A stretch of DNA of 11,462 bases from a virus (Duplodnaviria > Heunggongvirae > Uroviricota > Caudoviricetes). Under the pieces are notes generated by a model, which saw nothing but the letters and a program-made list of their open reading frames with translations, did no database searches and had not been told where the DNA came from. Shown here piece after piece: positions 8,402-11,462 of this stretch. The translations under genes were made by a program, and so were the position numbers. The stretch lies in IMG/VR virus record IMGVR_UViG_2703719355_000014, positions 1 to 11,462 of that record; one strand, given 5' to 3'. Position 1 is the first letter of the stretch; each line of letters begins with the position of its first letter.

Positions 8402-8430
8402 ATACTATGGGTTTTAAATGCTCATTCCAA
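8402..8430 (-). promoter_or_regulatory. Candidate sigma70 late promoter (pR'-like) on the minus strand
   Basis: Minus-strand TTGGAA (-35; plus 8425-8430), 17-nt spacer, TAGTAT (-10; plus 8402-8407). Overlaps the start codon of the first cassette gene on the other strand. Found by eye only and lies in AT-rich DNA where such matches arise by chance. Confidence 0.2.
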
Positions 8431-9167
8431 CATCTCTATCAAAACAACCAGTAATCGAAGCTGCTTTCGAAATGCGTTTTTCTAAAGAAACACAAATATC
8501 GGAAATAGTTCCAGGGTTTCTTTTTCACGCTCTAGGTTGTACAAAACCAGTAATTAGTTTACCACCCAGTCAAATACCTAAAAATGTTCGTGAGGGAGAT
8601 GAACAATTACATTACGCAGTTGTCAGTCGCCTCGAAATCGAAGGGTACTATATTGGACTAAGTGACCATGGTGTTGTTGTATCCACCAGCACCAAATATC
8701 AAGGGTGGAGTCATTTTAGAGAAAAAATCATTCATGTATTAAATGAGCTTAACAAATTAAATTTAAATGACAACATCATCCGCTACTCATTAAAGTATGT
8801 AGATTTTTTCCCAAAAGAAGACGATTCTAATTTATTTGATAAGCTAAACGTCAGCTTAAATATGGCTGGCGAGTCTATGTCTAATTATCCGATCAATATC
8901 AGAATCGATAAAAATGAAGGCGCATTTCTAAATATAATTCAAATATTATCTCATGCTTTAGTCATGTCAGATAATGGAGAATTTAATAAAAAAGGACTAA
9001 TCCTAGACATAGACAGTATTAGGCAAATCACTAATACTGATGAAATAGATAAGTTTAAAAACGAACCCAAAAAAATTCTTGATGATCTTCACTCCTGTAA
9101 TAAATTAGCTTTCTTTAGTTGCCTTAAAGAGTCAACAATTCAAGAACTAGAACCATCCTACAAATAG
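8418..9167 (+). CDS. Hypothetical protein (249 aa), first gene of AT-rich cassette
   Basis: Long ORF on the strand opposite to the phage late operon, with Asn/Lys/Ile-rich composition typical of low-GC DNA. TAG stop. No catalytic motif recognised; weak GGG-type RBS only. Confidence 0.7.
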   Translation: MLIPTSLSKQPVIEAAFEMRFSKETQISEIVPGFLFHALGCTKPVISLPPSQIPKNVREGDEQLHYAVVSRLEIEGYYIGLSDHGVVVSTSTKYQGWSHFREKIIHVLNELNKLNLNDNIIRYSLKYVDFFPKEDDSNLFDKLNVSLNMAGESMSNYPINIRIDKNEGAFLNIIQILSHALVMSDNGEFNKKGLILDIDSIRQITNTDEIDKFKNEPKKILDDLHSCNKLAFFSCLKESTIQELEPSYK

Positions 9168-9182
9168 AAATGGTGGTATGAT

Positions 9183-9527
9183 ATGTATCCGTCTCATCAT
9201 GTTTATCGAGCTCAACTTCAAGTATTAACTTTGGTTTTATATGGTCTGCATATAACAGCATTAACAGACATTGCCCAAAATCAACAGCATGGTCCTCAAC
9301 AAAGTTTAATCGTCAAAAATCACGCTTTGGAGTATAAGTCTTCAACTACCGATTCAGTTCATTCCATCACACAAACATATAAAGCAGGGAGCACAATCTC
9401 AGTTGATCAAAGACTTGCAGTCTCGATGACAAACTTTTATGAAAAATTATCAACAAACCAGGTGTCTTTAGGCAGTGAAATAAATAAAGTCGTTCATGCT
9501 TCACTGTGGGATTTATACTTGGATTAA
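9183..9527 (+). CDS. Hypothetical protein (114 aa), second cassette gene
   Basis: ATG at 9183 is preceded by a GGTGG Shine-Dalgarno 6 nt upstream and lies 15 nt after the upstream stop. N-terminal hydrophobic stretch (LQVLTLVLYGLHITAL) may be a membrane anchor. Stop TAA at 9525-9527. Confidence 0.6.
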   Translation: MYPSHHVYRAQLQVLTLVLYGLHITALTDIAQNQQHGPQQSLIVKNHALEYKSSTTDSVHSITQTYKAGSTISVDQRLAVSMTNFYEKLSTNQVSLGSEINKVVHASLWDLYLD

Positions 9528-9530
9528 GTG

Positions 9531-10145
9531 ATGAGTAATAACATTTTTGATATCGAGAAATTCAAAGATCAAATTCCATATTATTTAACAGCTCCTCAAA
9601 AAGAAGGGCTAATAAATGCACTTAGAGATTTCCCTGAAAACACTAACTACTACCTTACCAATTATCATGATGATCTGAAAAATGCTGCACTTCAGGGAGA
9701 TATATTTAAGGAGCTTACAGTATATTCAATTAAAGGGACTAAAAAAACACGAGGAATTATATTAAGCAACAGTTGCGATATAGATACAAGTAATAATCGT
9801 GATGTGCCAATGCGTGCAGTCTTTGCTCCGTTAGTAAGTTTATCTAAGTTCGAAGCTATTCTTCTCTCCAACGGAGTTTCTAAGACTTCAATAGATAGCA
9901 AAATTGATGCTATAAGGAAGCAGTTAATTACTAATATTTTTTATCTTCCTGAATCAGACAACTTAGAAGAATGCATCGTTTTTCTTGATGATGTATACCA
10001 ATTACCAACGGAAGAATTACAAAAACTCTTGAATGATAAATGCAAAGCCATAACTTTAAGTCAAGTTGGTTTCTACATTTTACTATTCAAAATATCTATT
10101 CACTTTTGTAGATTCCATGAAAACATACAACGATTCGATCATTAA
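9531..10145 (+). CDS. Hypothetical protein (204 aa), third cassette gene
   Basis: Start ATG 9531 (or GTG 9528) immediately follows the upstream TAA, giving TAAGTGATG and suggesting translational coupling. No recognisable domain. TAA stop directly followed by an intrinsic terminator. Confidence 0.7.
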   Translation: MSNNIFDIEKFKDQIPYYLTAPQKEGLINALRDFPENTNYYLTNYHDDLKNAALQGDIFKELTVYSIKGTKKTRGIILSNSCDIDTSNNRDVPMRAVFAPLVSLSKFEAILLSNGVSKTSIDSKIDAIRKQLITNIFYLPESDNLEECIVFLDDVYQLPTEELQKLLNDKCKAITLSQVGFYILLFKISIHFCRFHENIQRFDH

Positions 10146-10172
10146 GGCGGTACTACCGCCTTTTATTATTTT
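10144..10172 (+). terminator. Rho-independent terminator of the cassette operon
   Basis: AAGGCGG-tacta-CCGCCTT stem-loop directly followed by TTTTATTATTTT on the plus strand. The T-tract overlaps the stop codon of the convergent Q gene. Confidence 0.6.
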
Positions 10173-10515
10173 ACACAAGTATACTTACAACCCCCTCTAT
10201 AAAACCGATTGCGGTTTGCAACTCCTTCCTAATAGTGCCATCAGAGCACCTTCTCTTTTTGGCAATAGTGCGTAATGAGATACCAATAACAAAGTGGGCT
10301 ATGATGAGCTCATATTCCTCTGGTTTATACCTTCTCAACCGAGCCACACAACTGTCTATCATAATGCCTTCGTCATCATCACACTGAATCCGTGACTTTT
10401 TGCCATGAGGTAAAAGCCCCTTGAAGCCTGCTGCTACCGGCTGCCAGTCCACACCACTGTTGTCTGCTGCAGCCCATGCTCCCCAGCGGTCCAATACTTC
10501 ATACATATCACGCAT
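10171..10515 (-). CDS. Late-gene antitermination protein Q (QuuD-like, Phage_antitermQ family)
   Basis: Translation from the ATG at 10515 (MRDMYEVLDRWGAWAAADNSGVDWQPVAAGFKGL...CSDGTIRKELQTAIGFIEG...) resembles the DLP12 QuuD-type Q proteins as I recall them. GGAG Shine-Dalgarno 7 nt upstream; the ORF-track TTG start at 10530 is less likely. Confidence 0.75.
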   Translation of the reverse strand: MRDMYEVLDRWGAWAAADNSGVDWQPVAAGFKGLLPHGKKSRIQCDDDEGIMIDSCVARLRRYKPEEYELIIAHFVIGISLRTIAKKRRCSDGTIRKELQTAIGFIEGVVSILV

Positions 10516-10533
10516 CAACTTACTCCACAAAAA

Positions 10534-11451
10534 TCAGGCCAGCACGCCAATTGCCAGCGCACGATCGATAAAACGAAATATCAGCTCCAGCTGGGAGCCA
10601 TACTTCTCTTCAAATGCCACGGTATCCGCATGCAGCTCGTCGTGATGCTTTCTGCACAAAGGCAACACAAAGAGATCATGCGCTTTTGTACCCATTCCAC
10701 CCTGACCGTGGCCTATCAGGTGGTGGGGATCATCAGCAGGCTTTCCACAACATGCACACGGTTGCGTCTTAACCCAGCGCGTGTACTTTTCATTAACCCA
10801 GCGGCGACGTTTTGGGCGTAACATAAAAGACTCCGGCGACTCCGGATCCACTTTCAGCGCCAGCACCTTTTTCGCTTTATCCTGGATGATGCTGGTGGCA
10901 GGAACCGAAGGCACAAGGTCACTTTCCCGGGTGACAGATGGCACAACAGGCTTCGGTAATCTCAGTGCCTTACGGGCTGCACTTTCCGGTAAGGCATCCG
11001 CCAGATCATTACGAATCAACCACCAGCACAGTTCCGGCATTGTCACAACGTGACTGTCATCAAAACCGAGATCCCGACGCACAACAGACAACACCCAGCG
11101 GGCACAGTTATCCGTTGCCATTGATTCCAGCCATTCCGTGAACTGATCGCGCAGCTGGTTATCGCAGTGCCAGCACAGACGGATTGCGCCCGGAGCGTGT
11201 CGCATTGTGGTCATGTTCTCGCTGTGCCAGTCGGAATGAGGCCACTGGCAGCCTTTTTCACGAAGTAACCAGCTTTCAAGACATTCCACGCCACCAGCAC
11301 GACGGATCACTGCCTCATTGCGGAACACGGCCCGAACGGCAGGATCATCCGCCAGCGGTTGTGATGCCGCCGGAACGGCACCACTGGCGAAAGATGAGTA
11401 ACGTTCCGGCTCAGGCTCCAGCAGGACACGCCCCTGCATAAACAGGGGCAT
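10534..11451 (-). CDS. DUF968-family phage protein (putative HNH-like zinc-binding protein, YdfU-like)
   Basis: C-terminal CxxC...HH...C..HH motif (QPCACCGKPADDPHHLIGHGQGG...LCRKHHDELH) typical of DUF968 proteins that sit upstream of Q in lambdoid prophages. The frame stays open from 11452 to the window end, so the true start may lie beyond the window. Confidence 0.7.
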   Translation of the reverse strand: MPLFMQGRVLLEPEPERYSSFASGAVPAASQPLADDPAVRAVFRNEAVIRRAGGVECLESWLLREKGCQWPHSDWHSENMTTMRHAPGAIRLCWHCDNQLRDQFTEWLESMATDNCARWVLSVVRRDLGFDDSHVVTMPELCWWLIRNDLADALPESAARKALRLPKPVVPSVTRESDLVPSVPATSIIQDKAKKVLALKVDPESPESFMLRPKRRRWVNEKYTRWVKTQPCACCGKPADDPHHLIGHGQGGMGTKAHDLFVLPLCRKHHDELHADTVAFEEKYGSQLELIFRFIDRALAIGVLA

Positions 11452-11462
11452 CAGCTCTGAAC

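Noticed and set aside
9692-10275. 69-aa ORFs overlapping cassette gene C and the Q 3' end
   Set aside because: They overlap better-supported CDSs in other frames.
10421-11441. Plus-strand ORFs (74, 63, 90, 67, 85 aa) across the Q and DUF968 region
   Set aside because: Antisense to the DUF968 and Q genes; GC-rich antisense frames are commonly open by chance.
1-11462. CRISPR arrays, rRNA genes, IS elements or integrase
   Set aside because: No direct-repeat-spacer periodicity, no transposase or integrase-like ORF and no rRNA-like sequence was seen; the only repeats are short dyads.

Overview
This window is the late region of an HK97-like lambdoid prophage (enterobacterial, judged from lambda-like lysis proteins), almost all transcribed on the minus strand, with one compositionally foreign three-gene cassette on the plus strand between the Q antiterminator and the holin. 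Reading the minus strand from high to low coordinates: a DUF968-type protein, a Q-like antiterminator, then the AT-rich cassette (8418-10145, three proteins I cannot assign to any family, with its own intrinsic terminator), then holin, R endolysin, Rz/Rz1 spanins, bor on the opposite strand, an HNH endonuclease, a candidate cos site, terminase small and large subunits, portal, prohead protease and major capsid protein. The cassette is the main candidate for an undescribed accessory or anti-phage module; it sits at the classical lambdoid moron hotspot where stx genes lie in Stx phages. Other points worth checking are an in-frame TAG interrupting the large terminase, two small ORFs below the ORF-track length cut-off, and a GC-rich dyad between the HNH and terminase genes. 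All family assignments are from reading the translations and recalling known proteins; no database search was run.
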